Assembly (NCBI GenBank): GCA_002269645.1
Contig: NIVC01000700.1
Coordinates: 216,594-280,593 of the forward strand
Direction of reading: 5' to 3'
Source: Macrostomum lignano
Lineage: Eukaryota
DNA: 64,000 nucleotides
The notes under the pieces are model-generated. The model made no database searches and was not told where the DNA came from. It saw only the letters and a list, made by a program, of their open reading frames with translations. Of this stretch, positions 25,090 to 37,762 are shown piece by piece. How positions within the stretch are numbered: position 1 is the first letter of the stretch; each line of letters opens with the position of its first letter. The position numbers and the translations under genes were made by a program.

Positions 25090-25485
25090 ACAGACAGGGA
25101 CAGACAGTGAGAGACAGGGAGAGACAGGGAGAGACAGGGATAGACAGGGAGAGACAGGGAGAGACAGGGAGAGACAGGGAGAGACAGGCGAGAGACAGGG
25201 ATAGACAGGGATAGACAGGGATAGACAGGGATAGACAGGCGAGAGATAGGGAGAGACAGGGATAGACAGGGATAGACAGGGATAGACAGGGATAGACAGG
25301 CGAGAGACAGGGAGAGACAGGGATAGACAGGGATAGACAGGGATAGACAGGCGAGAGACAGGCGAGAGACAGGGGAGAGACAGGGATAGACAGGGAGAGA
25401 CAGGGGAGAGACAGGGGAGAGACAGGGATAGACAGAAATAGACAGGGAGAGACAGGGAGAGACAGGGAGAGACAGGCGAGAGACT
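25090..25485. repeat. 10-bp minisatellite GAGACAGGGA/TAGACAGGGA
   Basis: Visible tandem units. Confidence 0.9.
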
Positions 25486-25796
25486 CAGTCAGTCAGTCAG
25501 TCAGTCAGTCAGTCAGTCAGTCAGTCAGTCAGTCAGTCAGTCAGTCAGTCAGTCAGTCAGTCAGTCAGTCAGTCAGTCAGTCAGTCAGTCAGTCAGTCAG
25601 TCAGTCAGTCAGTCAGTCAGTCAGTCAGTCAGTCAGTCAGTCAGTCAGTCAGTCAGTCAGTCAGTCAGTCAGTCAGTCAGTCAGTCAGTCAGTCAGTCAG
25701 TCAGTCAGTCAGTCAGTCAGTCAGTCAGTCAGTCAGTCAGTCAGTCAGTCAGTCAGTCAGTCAGTCAGTCAGTCAGTCAGTCAGTCAGTCAGTCAG
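25486..25796. repeat. (TCAG)n tetranucleotide, ~77 copies
   Basis: Perfect run. Confidence 0.98.
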
Positions 25797-26059
25797 TTCC
25801 AGTCTCCGTCCATTTTAAAAATCGACTGAATTTGCGCACTTCGAGGATTTCAGATAAAATTTGCGTCCAAAAACTTCGACATTTTAATGGGAGAAAAGAT
25901 ATTACGCATAGAAAAATTCTGCTACGTCTGAAAATATGAGAATTTTCAATTTTTGCACAAAATATACGATATTTCACTGCTTTTTAGCGCGCACTTTGCG
26001 GTCTGATGTAGACGGGAGGCTGGGCAGGCATGCAGCTGAAGTGGACTGCGGTGACTCAC

Positions 26060-26203
26060 CCCTCCCTTCTAGGATTGCCCGTCCCGCTGCGCTACATTCG
26101 AACTGACCCATTTTTCCCAATTCCTGCTGCCTGCTTGGCGAAATGGACAGGTGTCTGCGTGCCGGTGTGCCGCGCCTTGGCTCTGGGAAGCGCGGGGAGC
26201 GAA
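26060..26203 (-). CDS. Candidate exon (144 nt, phase 1-1)
   Basis: atcgcag|TT CGC TCC...GRAILEGR G|GTGAGT. Open frame, GC-rich, flanked by satellites, phase-compatible with the 30266 donor. Confidence 0.4.
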
Positions 26204-26244
26204 CTGCGATTGGGGGCGAGGCGCTGTCCTTCAGGGGCAAGCAG

Positions 26245-26940
26245 TCATCCTTCAGTGGGAGTGAGGCGCCACCCTTCAATGGGGTGAGGCGCCATCCTTC
26301 AGTGGGGGTAAGTTGCCATCCTTCAGTGGGGTGAGGCGCCACCCTTCAATGGGGTGAGGCGCCATCCTTCAGTGGGGGTAAGTTGCCATCCTTCAGTGGG
26401 GTGAGGCGCCATCCTTCAGTGGGGTGAGGCGCCATCCTTCAGTGGGGTGAGGCGCCATCCTTCAGTGGGGGTGAGGCGCCATCCTTCAGTGGGGTGAGGC
26501 GCCATCCTTCAGTGGGGGTGAGGCGCCATCCTTCAGTGGGGTGAGGCGCCATCCTTCAGTGGGGTGAGGCGCCATCCTTCAGTGGGGGTGAGGCGCCATC
26601 CTTCAGTGGGGTGAGGCGCCATCCTTCAGTGGGGGTGAGGCGCCATCCTTCAGTGGGGGTGAGGCGCCATCCTTCAGTGGGGGTGAGGCGCCATCCTTCA
26701 GTGGGGGTGAGGCGCCATCCTTCAGTGGGGTGAGGCGCCATCCTTCAGTGGGGGTGAGGCGCCATCCTTCAATGGGGGTGAGGCGCCATCCTTCAGTGGG
26801 GGTGAGGCGCCATCCTTCAGTGGGGGTGAGGCGCCATCCTTCAGTGGGGGTGAGGCGCCATCCTTCAGTGGGGTGAGGCGCCATCCTTCAGTGGGGTGAG
26901 GCGCCATCCTTCAGTGGGGGTGAGGCGCCATCCTTCAGTG
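26245..26940. repeat. 22/23-bp GC-rich minisatellite GTGAGGCGCCATCCTTCAGTGGG(G)
   Basis: About 30 tandem units differing in G-run length. Confidence 0.95.
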
Positions 26941-27614
26941 GTCAGTCTTCATATAATAGACCGCAATCTTTTTCGGTCTCAACATCTCAACAGGCCGCAG
27001 AGTTTAAGCGGTGCCCCGTAGCAGATGAAACGGCAACACAGCATAACATAAAGATTTTAGAGAAAAAAGAACTAGAAAATAAGAAAGCGATAAGGTGACC
27101 CCTGCAGTGACCCGTTTGGGGCCAGCTTGAAAGAGCGAGAGGAGAGCAGAGCAGGGGCTCAGTCTCAGGCGGGGTCAGAGAATTATTGCAAATGCCGCCT
27201 GCAGGGTGTCAGTCACGCTGACCCGAGCTGGGGGCCCTGGCGGGTCAGCAGCCTCTTTACTCATTTCACGCCCAGACCCCAACTCAGAGCTCTAACTACA
27301 ATACCATACCAGCCGTATGTCATATAACTATTTTTAGCTCCAAGGGTTGAAGTCACGCATATTTTGCCGGCAAAGTGACTTGAGTGAATGAATGAGTAGA
27401 GGGAGGAGGGGGTGGTTCGAGATGAACAAAGCGAGGGACTTAACCGCAAAGTTATTTTCAAATTTTACTGGGGTCATCATCTCACTCCACGCTGTGCTTT
27501 CTTTGTTATTTATCACTGTTATTGTTGATTATTTTTTGACAGATGCAGCAATGTCAATCAATCAAAATGTCTATGCCTCATTCTCTGCCTCTGTACCGCC
27601 ACTCCCCTCCCAGC

Positions 27615-28825
27615 AGCCTGTGTGCTCATATTGCAGTCTGTGTACTCCCCTCCCAGTCTGTGTGCTCATACTCCAGTCTGTGTGCTCCCCTCCCAGTCTG
27701 TGTGCTCATATTCCAGTCTGTGTGCTCATACTCCAGTCTGTGTGCTCCCCTCCCAGTCTGTGTGCTCATATTCCAGTCTGTGTGCTCATATTCCAGTCTG
27801 TGTGCTCATACTCCAGTCTGTGTGCTCCCCTCCCAGTCTGTGTGCTCATATTCCAGTCTGTGTGCTCATATTCCAGTCTGTGTGCTCATACTCCAGTCTG
27901 TGTGCTCATACTCCAGTCTGTGTGCTCATACTCCAGTCTGTGTGCTCATACTCCAGTCTGTGTGCTCATACTCCAGTCTGTGTGCTCATATTCCAGTCTG
28001 TGTGCTCATACTCCAGTCTGTGTGCTCATACTCCAGTCTGTGTGCTCATACTCCAGTCTGTGTGCTCATACTCCAGTCTGTGTGCTCATACTCCAGTCTG
28101 TGTGCTCATACTCCAGTCTGTGTGCTCATACTCCAGTTTGTGTGCTCATACTTCAGTATGTGTGCTCATATTCCAGTCTGTGTGCTCATATTCCAGTCTG
28201 TGTGCTCATACTTCAGTCTGTGTGCTCATACTCCAGTCTGTGTGCTCATATTCCAGTCTGTGTGCTCATACTCCAGTCTGTGTGTTCATACTCCAGTCTG
28301 TGTGCTCATACTCCAGTCTGTGTGCTCATATTCCAGTCTGTGTGCTCCCCTCTCAGTCTGTGTGCTCATACTCCAGTCTGTGTGCTCATACTCCAGTCTG
28401 TATGCTCCCCTCTCAGTCTGTGTGCTCATATTCCAGTCTGTGTGCTCATACTCCAGTCTGTGTGCTCATACTCCAGTCTGTGTGCTCATACTCCAGTCTG
28501 TGTGCTCATACTCCAGTCTGTGTGCTCATACTCCAGTCTGTGTGCTCATACTCCAGTCTGTGTGCTCATACTCCAGTCTGTGTGCTCATACTCCAGTCTG
28601 TGTGCTCATACTCCAGTCTGTGTGCTCATACTCCAGTCTGTGTGCTCATACTCCAGTCTGTGTGCTCATACTCCAGTCTGTGTGCTCATACTCCAGTCTG
28701 TGTGCTCATACTCCAGTCTGTGTGCTCATACTCCAGTCTGTGTGCTCATACTCCAGTCTGTGTGCTCATACTCTAGTCTGTGTGCTCATACTCCAGTCTG
28801 TGTGCTCATACTTCAGTCTGTGTGC
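27615..28825. repeat. 20-bp minisatellite CTCCAGTCTGTGTGCTCATA, ~60 copies
   Basis: Visible tandem units. Confidence 0.97.
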
Positions 28826-29726
28826 TTTTTATTATTTTAAATTCCTGCCAGCAGCAATGGAATGAGTCAGTTGTCAGTGAACTCTTATTCAGCAAAGTTC
28901 GCTTGTGCCACAACTGCCAGCACTAAAAATACTCAGATAGACTTCAATTTTCTTCGATTCCTGTCTAAGAAGAAAAATGAGAAATTCGAGTTTGGTCCTG
29001 CAGTGTCGCTTTCGCTTGCAGAGGAAATCTAGTTCGACTTCTTCATTGCTTTTTCTAGCGAGAGAGCCGTCTCCTGGGCGAGCGAAAAAGTAGATTAACT
29101 CAATTTCTCCCGGAGAATATCAGACCAAGTCCAAGAGAGAAAAATTTCTCAGGCGAAGCAAAGATTATCAGCTCGATTAGGTTAGTTCAGGCCGGGAGTC
29201 TCCGCGCCTTTTGGGAATCAGAAATTTTGCCCGCATAGCAACCAGACTCGGGATTTTGAATTGCTGGAGTTCATCTGAGCAGTGTTGGTTGGAGTGGAAC
29301 TTTTCAATAACAGGCGGCGGCCACAGATTTTATTGGTTTGAAATTGAACCGTAAAACGTATGAGCAAAAATAATTCAAATGTTTTGTTCGTTGCTATTCG
29401 AAACAATCAAAACGGCAAGTCAAAAAAATGATTAAAAAATCACTTGACATTTTTTTAGAAAAAAGATTTTTTTCGTGATTTTTTATGCAGGAACAATTCT
29501 AAAATGGAGCGAAGGCTTTCCATTATTTTTCTAAAGTACCTTCTATCTCTCAGAAACATTCAAGCCGTGAGAGCCGTGATAGATGCAAGCTATGAAAACA
29601 AAAGGAAATTGAGGAAATGCTTGCTATTTTTAGCTTGAAAGCAAGGAACTCGTGGCTAGGGAAGGTAGGAGGAAATACAATGAAGCGACTTAATTACGAA
29701 GTGCCGGTGGCATGCAAATGGCTACT

Positions 29727-30260
29727 AGGACATAGACAGAATTGGTCATAGACAGAATAGGTCATAGACAGAATTGGTCATAGACAGAATAGGTCATAGA
29801 CAGAATTGGTCATAGAGAGAATAGGTCATAGACAGGATAGGTCATAGACAGAATGGGTCATAGACAGGATAGGTCATAGACAGAATGGGTCATAGACAGA
29901 ATGGGTCATAGACATAATGGGTCATAGGCAGAATGGGTCATAGACAGAATAGGTCATAGACAGAAATGATCATAGGCAGAATTGGTCATAGACAGAATCG
30001 GTCATAGACAGAATCGGTCATAGACAGAATCGGTCATAGACAGAATCGGTCATAGACAGAATCGGTCATAGACAGAATCGGTCATAGACAGAATGGATCA
30101 TAGACAGAATTGGTCATAGACAGAATCGGTCATATACAGAATCGGTCATAGACAGGATCGATCATAGACAGAATCGGTCATAGACAGAATCGGTCATATA
30201 CAGAATCGGTCATAGACAGGATCGATCATAGACAGAGTCGGTCACAGAGTAAGTCATAGA
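29727..30260. repeat. 16-bp minisatellite CATAGACAGAATCGGT
   Basis: Visible tandem units. Confidence 0.95.
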
Positions 30261-30265
30261 CTCAC

Positions 30266-30386
30266 CAGAATCCGAGTCTGATGAGAATGAGTCGCCGCTG
30301 TCACACGCCGGGATCCAGTGAACCGCCTGAGCCGCGTCGAACCTGGTGCACTTGACTACAACCGGCACGGAGCCCACAGCCGAGGC
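30266..30386 (-). CDS. Candidate exon (121 nt, phase 0-1)
   Basis: catcag|GCC TCG...SAVGSVPVVVKCTRFDAAQAVHWIPACDSGDSFSSDSDS G|GTGAGT. Only one of three frames is open. Confidence 0.4.
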
Positions 30387-31139
30387 CTGATGAGTTGACT
30401 GACTTTTAATCATGACGATTTAAAATTGAAATTATATTTAAGCGGCTGCCCTGACTAGAATGGCTGAGTGAGCGAGTATCAGGTGAAAGCGGCCCAGGCT
30501 TAGCCACTGACATCTGCTCCAAATTTGTAGGCTACAAATTTTCCTCAGCAAAATTGATTGCTTCACCTCCTGCTCGGGCTCAGCTCTCTCTCTCCCCCCT
30601 CCTCTGACTCCTCTCTATTGCGGTTTAATAAAGAGTTTTCACCAATCCCGATTCTTATTCGCCGACAGCCAATAGGAAGATCTGGCTGGGACATAAATTA
30701 ATTGTAATTTTCCTTTAGTTTACTTATAGTAGACTAATTAACGGATTTTCTACGCTGCCGGTTATAAAAACAGTACAATTTCGGTGCAGGTCGATTTTGC
30801 AGACATTTCTAATCATTTAAGCAAATCTGTACAGTTTGCGTTTGCGCAGAAATTGTTTAAAATCTCACCATTCTTTAAAACTGACCTTATTATTTGTAGG
30901 GTTGTTTGTCTCAGTTATCGGGTTTGAAACGAAAAACATGTAGCAAAAAAGTTTTCTGTCGGCGCTATCTGTTAGTATCTGTGCTCACTGAGGGCACAGC
31001 TCAAGCTCTGAACTTTGTGACCTGAAAGTTATTTTGCTGTGCGAGCGGACGAGCTTGTTGCGCCTGGCAATCGGAGACTGAACATAAAAATGTTACACAG
31101 AATTCCCGGAAAGAATTGTGGCTAGCGTTACTTGATTTG

Positions 31140-31960
31140 TCTGTCTCCGATTCCTAATCTCTCATTCCTCCCTCTCTGATTTCCCCTCTCCGATTCGCAT
31201 CTATGATTCCCATCTCTGATTCCCCCTATTTGCTTCCCCTCTCTGCTTCCCCGTCTCTGATTCCCCGTCTCTGATTCCCCCTCTTTGCTTCCCCTCTCTG
31301 CTTCCCCGTCTCTGACTCGCATATCTGATTCCCCCTCTCTGATTCCCCCTCTCTGATTCCCCCTCTCTGATTCCCCCTATCTGATTCCCCCTCTCTGATT
31401 CCCATCTCTGATTCCCCCTTTCTGCTCCCCCCTCTCTGCTTCCCCATCTCTGATTCCCCCTCTCTGCTTCCCCGCCTCTGATTCGAATCTCTGATTCCCT
31501 CTCACTGATTTCCCCTCACTGATTCCCTCTCACTGATTCCCCCTCTCTGCTCACCCCTCTCTGCTTCCCCATCTCTGCTTCCCATCTCTGCTTCCCCATC
31601 TCTGATCCCCCCTCACTGATTCCCTGTCACTGATTCCCCCTCTCTGATTCCCCCTCTCTGATGACCCCTCTCTGCATCCCCATCTCTGCTTCCCATCTCT
31701 GATTCCCCCTCTCTGCTTCCCCATCTCTGCTTCCTATCTCTGATTCCCCCTCTCTGCTTCCCCCTCTCTGCTTCCCCATCTCTGCTTCCCCATCTCTGCT
31801 TCCCCCCCACTAATTCTCTCTCTCTGATTCCCTCTCACTGATTTCCCCTTTCTGATTTCCATCTCTGATCCTTTTTCACTGATTCCCCTTCTGATTCCCC
31901 CTCTCTGGTCCCCCCTCCCTGATTCCCTTCTCTGATGCTTTCTGTCTGATCCCCCTCCAA
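31140..31960. repeat. Degenerate ~14-15-bp minisatellite CTCTCTGATTCCC / CTCTGCTTCCC
   Basis: Visible units. Confidence 0.85.
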
Positions 31961-32509
31961 AATTCTCCTTCTCCCTTATACATGTTCCTATTAATTCTCT
32001 GTGTGTCTCTTTTTCCCTCTCTCACACGCGTCTTCAGTCGCTGCTTATTCAGAGACAGATTTTACAAACCCCATGTCAGCGAGCCCCAATGGGGCATTGG
32101 TAACCATTGGTAACTATGCCGCTCAAAACTTCGCGCCTTCTGTTTCGACTTTGGCTGAATAGCCAAAATTCCAACTGAAACACCAGTTCTCCCCCCCAGG
32201 GGTCCGCGATATTGGCTGATCCATCGGCCTCCCCGTATCAGTTGGTTGCGTAGAAGATAAGCATTGCGCAACGCATGGCCAGCCTCGGCCGTTCGGTGCC
32301 AGAGTATTGACTGACTCTTTAAACTCACACTGCCGCCTGATTGCTTCTGGTTTCTGCAGCTGGGGGAAACGAATTCTGTCAGTCCCCTTCTGTCTCAGCC
32401 TCTGCCCCTGATATCTGTGATATCTGCTAACTCACTCACTCCTGCTCTACTCCCCCCATCTACTGCCAACCTTCTTCTTTACCTCCTGCCAATCTCACCC
32501 TTAGTTCTC

Positions 32510-32850
32510 CCTCTCACCCTCCCTCTCACCCCCTCCCTCTCAGCCCTCTCCCTCTCACCCCTCTCCCTCTCACCCCTCTCCCTCTCCCTCTCACCCCTCT
32601 CCCTCTCACTCCCTCCCTCTCACCCCTCTCCCTCTCCCTCTCACCCCTCTCCCTCTCACTCCCTCCCTCTCACCCCTCTCCCTCTCCCTCTCACCCCTCT
32701 CCCTCTCCCTCTCACCCCTCTCCCTCTCACTCCCTCCCTCTCACCCCTCTCCCTCTCACCCCTTTCCCTCTCATCCCTCTCCCTCTCACCCCTCTCCCTC
32801 TCATCCCTCTCCCTCTCACCCCTCTCCCTCTCACCCCTCTCCCTATAACC
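32510..32850. repeat. 15-bp pyrimidine minisatellite CCCTCTCACCCCTCT
   Basis: Visible units. Confidence 0.9.
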
Positions 32851-33235
32851 CTTCCCACTGTCATCAACAAATTGTAACCTAATTTATTAGTATTGAAAGC
32901 CTCCTTTTTCTAAGTATGATACATGAATTCAACATAAGTACTAGCGTACAATCTGCAAGCCATATTTCAAAGCTATAGATAATCACGTGATTCGATTGTG
33001 ACACGCCTTTAATTCGCGTGACTCACGACAGAGCTAAGATTGATCAATTTTGAAGCAGCTTGCCTGTCTTCTGCTTGCGAAACAGCTTGAGTTCCGGTGT
33101 GGCCAGGGTTAAACAAACGCTGAATAAAGTTTGAGGTATCTCACATGCGCCAGTGTATTGTAGGGCAGCAGCTGCCACCTCTAAAGAACTTTTACAGCAG
33201 TTTCCCGGTGTTTAAATCGCCTCCTCACCCGCGAC

Positions 33236-34375
33236 ACCTCTCCCTTTCATCCACTCCCTCATCCTCTCCCTTTCATCCACTCCCTCATACTCTCCCTTTC
33301 ATCCACTCCCTCATCCTCTCCCTTTCATCCACTCCCTCATCCTCTCCCTTTCATCCACTCCCTCATCCTCTCCCTTTCATCCACTCCCTCATCCTCTCCC
33401 TTTCATCCACTCCCTCATCCTCTCCCTTTCATCCACTCCCTCATCCTCTCCCTTTCATCCACTCCCTCATCCTCTCCCTTTCATCCACTCCCTCATCCTC
33501 TCCCTTTCATCCACTCCCTCATACTCTCCCTTTCATCCACTCCCTCATCCTCTCCCTTTCATCCACTCCCTCATCCTCTCCCTTTCATCCACTCCCTCAT
33601 CCTCTCCCTTTCATCCACTCCCTCATCCTCTCCCTTTCATCCACTCCCTCATCCTCTCCCTTTCATCCACTCCCTCATCCTCTCCCTTTCATCCACTCCC
33701 TCATCCTCTCCCTTTCATCCACTCCCTCATCCTCTCCCTTTCATCCACTCCCTCATCCTCTCCCTTTCATCCACTCCCTCATCCTCTCCCTTTCATCCAC
33801 TCCCTCATCCTCTCCCTTTCATCCACTCCCTCATCCTCTCCCTTTCATCCACTCCTTCATCCTCTCCCTTTCATCCACTCCCTCATCCTCTCCCTTTCAT
33901 CCACTCCCTCATCCTCTCCCTTTCATCCACTCCCTCATCCTCTCCCTTTCATCCACTCCCTCATCCTCTCCCTTTCATCCACTCCCTCATCCTCTCCCTT
34001 TCATCCACTCCCTCATCCTCTCCCTTTCATCCACTCCCTCATCCTCTCCCTTTCATCCACTCCCTCATCCTCTCCCTTTCATCCACTCCCTCATCCTCTC
34101 CCTTTCATCCACTCCCTCATCCTCTCCCTTTCATCCACTCCCTCATCCTCTCCCTTTCATCCACTCCCTCATCCTCTCCCTTTCATCCACTCCCTCATCC
34201 TCTCCCTTTCATCCACTCCCTCATCCTCTCCCTTTCATCCACTCCCTCATCCTCTCCCTTTCATCCACTCCCTCATCCTCTCCCTTTCATCCACTCCCTC
34301 ATCCTCTCCCTTTCATCCACTCCCTCATCCTCTCCCTTTCATCCACTCCCTCATCCTCTCCCTTTCATCCACTAC
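33236..34375. repeat. 26-bp minisatellite TCCCTTTCATCCACTCCCTCATCCTC, ~44 copies
   Basis: Near-perfect tandem units. Confidence 0.97.
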
Positions 34376-34384
34376 CTACCTCAT

Positions 34385-34726
34385 CAGGGGCGTCGCCATG
34401 GATTTTAAGGTGGGGGGGGGGGACAAAGCCAAGAATTTAACACGTACATGACTAAATTCCTACATGTACATTCTTTTAAGAATCGGTGTTGTCAGCAATC
34501 ATTTTAGCGCCGCAGGCACTCATTTTAGCGCCGCAGGCACTCATTTTAGCGCCGCAGGCACTCATTTTAGCGCCGCAGGCGCTATGTTTTGTCGCCATAC
34601 AGCAAAATTATTGATTTCCACAACGGGCCACAAGGTGGGGTGGGGGGACAAAGCATTGGCATGTCCCCCCAGATCTTTTATTGGGAGGGACATGTCCCCC
34701 CTGTCCCCCCCGTCGGGACGCCCCTG
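34385..34726. mobile_element. Non-autonomous hAT-type MITE (342 bp)
   Basis: TIR CAGGGGCGTC...GACGCCCCTG. Perfect 8-bp TSD TACCTCAT at 34377-34384 and 34727-34734; 8-bp TSDs with CAG ends are typical of hAT. Internal 21-bp repeat CATTTTAGCGCCGCAGGCACT x4. Confidence 0.85.
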
Positions 34727-34734
34727 TACCTCAT

Positions 34735-35155
34735 CCTCTCCCTCATCCTCTCCCTCATCCTCTCCCTCATCCTCTCCCTCATCCTCTCCCTCTTCATCTC
34801 CCTCATCCTCTCCCTCATCTTCTCCCTCATCCTCTCCCTCATCCTCTCCCTCATCTTCTCCCTCATCCTCTCCCTCATCCTCTCCCTCATCCTCTCCCTC
34901 ATCCTCTCCCTCTTCCTCTCCCTCATCCTCTCCCTCTTCATCTCCCTCATCCTCTCCCTCATCTTCTCCCTCATCCTCTCCCTCTTCCTCTCCCTCATCC
35001 TCTCCCTCATCTTCTCCCTCTTCCTCTCCCTCATCCTCTCCCTCATCTTCTCCCTCATCCTCTCCCTCATCCTCTCCCTCATCTTCTCCCTCTTCCTCTC
35101 CCTCATCCTCTCCCTCATCTTCTCCCTCATCCTCTCCCTCATCCTCTCCCTCATC
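34735..35155. repeat. 12-bp minisatellite TCCCTCATCCTC
   Basis: Visible tandem units. Confidence 0.95.
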
Positions 35156-35854
35156 ATCATCTTCTTATCATCTCCTTCTCGCCCCTCTCCTTCTCTCACT
35201 CTCTCCATCATCCATCTACAAATCTCTAAGGAGAACGCTGCATGGTTTCCGTCAATGATTTATGATGCATAGCTGATGCCGCTAATACAGAATAAGTTAT
35301 AGCGCTTTTATCAGAGTTAAAATCTGCAACAAAGACTTAATTTGGCTAATTGATCAATTTTAATATCGCTCTTCACTCCCTCTAGCTAGCACCTGAATAG
35401 TAGCTCATAATATAGAAAGCTTCAATCTTTGTCCCGTCAGCTCGATCGATTTGAGATCGAGTCTGAGGCATCCCAAAAACTCGTTCTATAGAGCCCGCAA
35501 GCTGCTGCTATTAAAAAGTCAACAATTTACTCAGCCGGGGACTCCCCAGGGGAATGAAAATATGCTCGCATTCATTTTCTGGCGGGAGGGGGTTCCACTA
35601 TCGAGTTTTTAAGGTGTCGCACAGCTACTCCTCTTGCACGGGCTGCAATAAATCAAAATAGGAGCAACTTTTATCGGAGCTGAGGGATGAGGGTAAGGGA
35701 CGAGGGGAGGTCTGTGTGTGTGTGTGTGTGTGAGTGAGGGGGATGACAGCAGAGAGACCCTGAATGAGAATCAGCTTGAGTACCGAATCTCTGTCTCAAA
35801 TCCTCTTTTTCTAATGCGGTGAGGTGGCTGAGCTGTGTTTTCAGGTTAAAGAGA

Positions 35855-36150
35855 GGGTGAGAAGAGGGAAAGGGGTGAGAAGGAGACGTGTGAGAGGGAG
35901 AGGGGTGAGAGGGAGAGGGGTGAGAGGGAAAGGGGTGAGAGCGAGAGGGGTGAGAGGGAGAGGGATGAGAGGGAGAGCGGTGAGAGGGAGAGGGGTGAGA
36001 GGGAAAGGGGTGAGAGCGAGAGGGGTGAGAGGGAGAGGGATGAGAGGGAGAGCGGTGAGAGCGAGAGGGGTGAGAGGGAGAGGGATGAGAGGGAGAGCGG
36101 TGAGAGGGAGAGGGGTGAGAGGGAGAGGGGTGAGAGGGAGAGGGGTGAGC
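35855..36150. repeat. 15-bp purine minisatellite GAGAGGGGTGAGAGG
   Basis: Visible units; reverse complement of the 32510-32850 unit. Confidence 0.9.
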
Positions 36151-37419
36151 AAGAAAGATGAGAGAAGATGAGATTAAAATGGTGAAAAGGAGAGGGATAT
36201 GGAATAGCAGTTAGCAGATAGCAGGGGCAGGTGACAGACGGTCAGTTTTACTCCCTAAGTTAAACTTGCTCCAAAGAGCCAGTGCAGCTTCACAATGAAA
36301 ATTTGTCGCATCAGAAATTTTCGCGCCGAATAAAAAAATGCAATTTTTGCGGTCTAAACACGATCGAGGGTTTCATATAAATGACAAGCTATTTAAGGAA
36401 CAACATGTCACCGTGTGCCGCCTGTATAGTGATTGATTGAAATCTTCGCAGCTGGGGGTTGGTCTTTGTCAGAACAAGAGTGTCCGCCGCCTCTGTAACC
36501 AGTTTTTGATGCCCGTCATTGGTTTATGCAGGTGTGGAGCCTGGAGTTATCAGGGTCTGTTTTGCTCAGTTAGCGTGCGCTGTGTGGCGCGGTGGATGCT
36601 GGGGGGGGGGGGTCTTGACGCAAGAGGCTCACAAAAGGCCTTGCGGATCCCAGCGCCTCAGCAAACAGTATAAGGGGGGTGGGGGTTAGGATTATTTGAG
36701 TTAGTTGGGTGCAGCTGCAGGATTGAGACTCAGGCCCCTAGATCCCATTGCTTTAGTCATTGCGTATATAAAGTTGAACTGCTGACACACACCCAGCAAG
36801 GGACTCTAAAGAGGCTATGGTATTACAATGCGGTCTTATAATATATCATGAATGATTGACTTTTTGACTGCTGCTGACATTGACAGGGGCAAATATGCGT
36901 TGACTGACTGACGTTTTTTTCTTTATATTTTTTCATTATATAGTCTCATGATGGTCAAGTGGGAGCATTCTAGACTCTCGTAGTTGTTTTTCTTTGCACA
37001 ATTCCATTCAGGACCATTAACAATATAAAGAGGACGCTACTCGTAAGTCTTTTCAAATGCTGCTGTTGGTGGTTGCCCGTTGCGACTGTCTACGGCGAAA
37101 AGCCTTTACTTATTTATACAGAACAAGGAGTTCTATAATTAGCATAAATTTACAAACTTTTGTAAACAATTTCCGTTGTTATAATCGAAACACTATATAC
37201 ATAGTTTTACGCTGTTAATCGTTATACATGTATTATCACGTTTCGGAAGGCAAAAATTTGTTTGCTCTCGCAAAAAATATTAATTGGAGAATTTATTTTT
37301 ATCTGTCATTTTTTACAAAATGGTTTTCCAAAGTAATTATAGCATCCCTTGCTACTAACAGTAGAACAATACAAGTTACATACAAATTAGCATACAAAAC
37401 GGGAGCACGAGAATTTCCT

Positions 37420-37560
37420 GCAGGAGGTTTTCCCGCGCGAGGTTTTCCCGCAGTGAGGTTTTCCCGCAGTGAGGTTTTCCGCAGTGAGGTTTTCCCGCAG
37501 AGGTTTTCCCGCAGCGAGGTTTTCCCGCAGCGAGGTTTTCCCGCAGCGAGGTTTTCCTGC
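37420..37560. repeat. 16-bp tandem GAGGTTTTCCCGCAGC/T, ~8 copies; possible subterminal repeat of a DNA transposon remnant
   Basis: Visible units; a related motif GCAGTTTTCG..GCAG occurs at ~47940-47975. Confidence 0.7.
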
Positions 37561-37664
37561 GCGAGATTTCTGTTAGCAAGTTTTCTAAGCTCTACGCTAG
37601 TCTGTACTTTTAAATCCGCTAAATCTGTACTTCTATTGGTACTTTTAATTAATTATTTATAAAT

Positions 37665-37762
37665 TGTGGCCGTGGACGGAATCGAACCAGGAGTCATTCG
37701 AGCTGCTCTGAGAGAATGCTGCAGTACGAGCATACTGTACTTAGAACTAGACGCTTAGCCCC
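37665..37762 (-). mobile_element. tRNA-derived SINE-like remnant
   Basis: Minus strand has an A-box-like GGCTAAGCG and a B-box GGTTCGATTCC; no intact cloverleaf. Confidence 0.35.

Noticed and set aside
11456-35272. Very long + strand ORFs (696, 661, 1211, 482, 431 aa etc.)
   Set aside because: They are translations of stop-poor CT-rich minisatellites, are open in several frames, and lie antisense within RasGAP introns.
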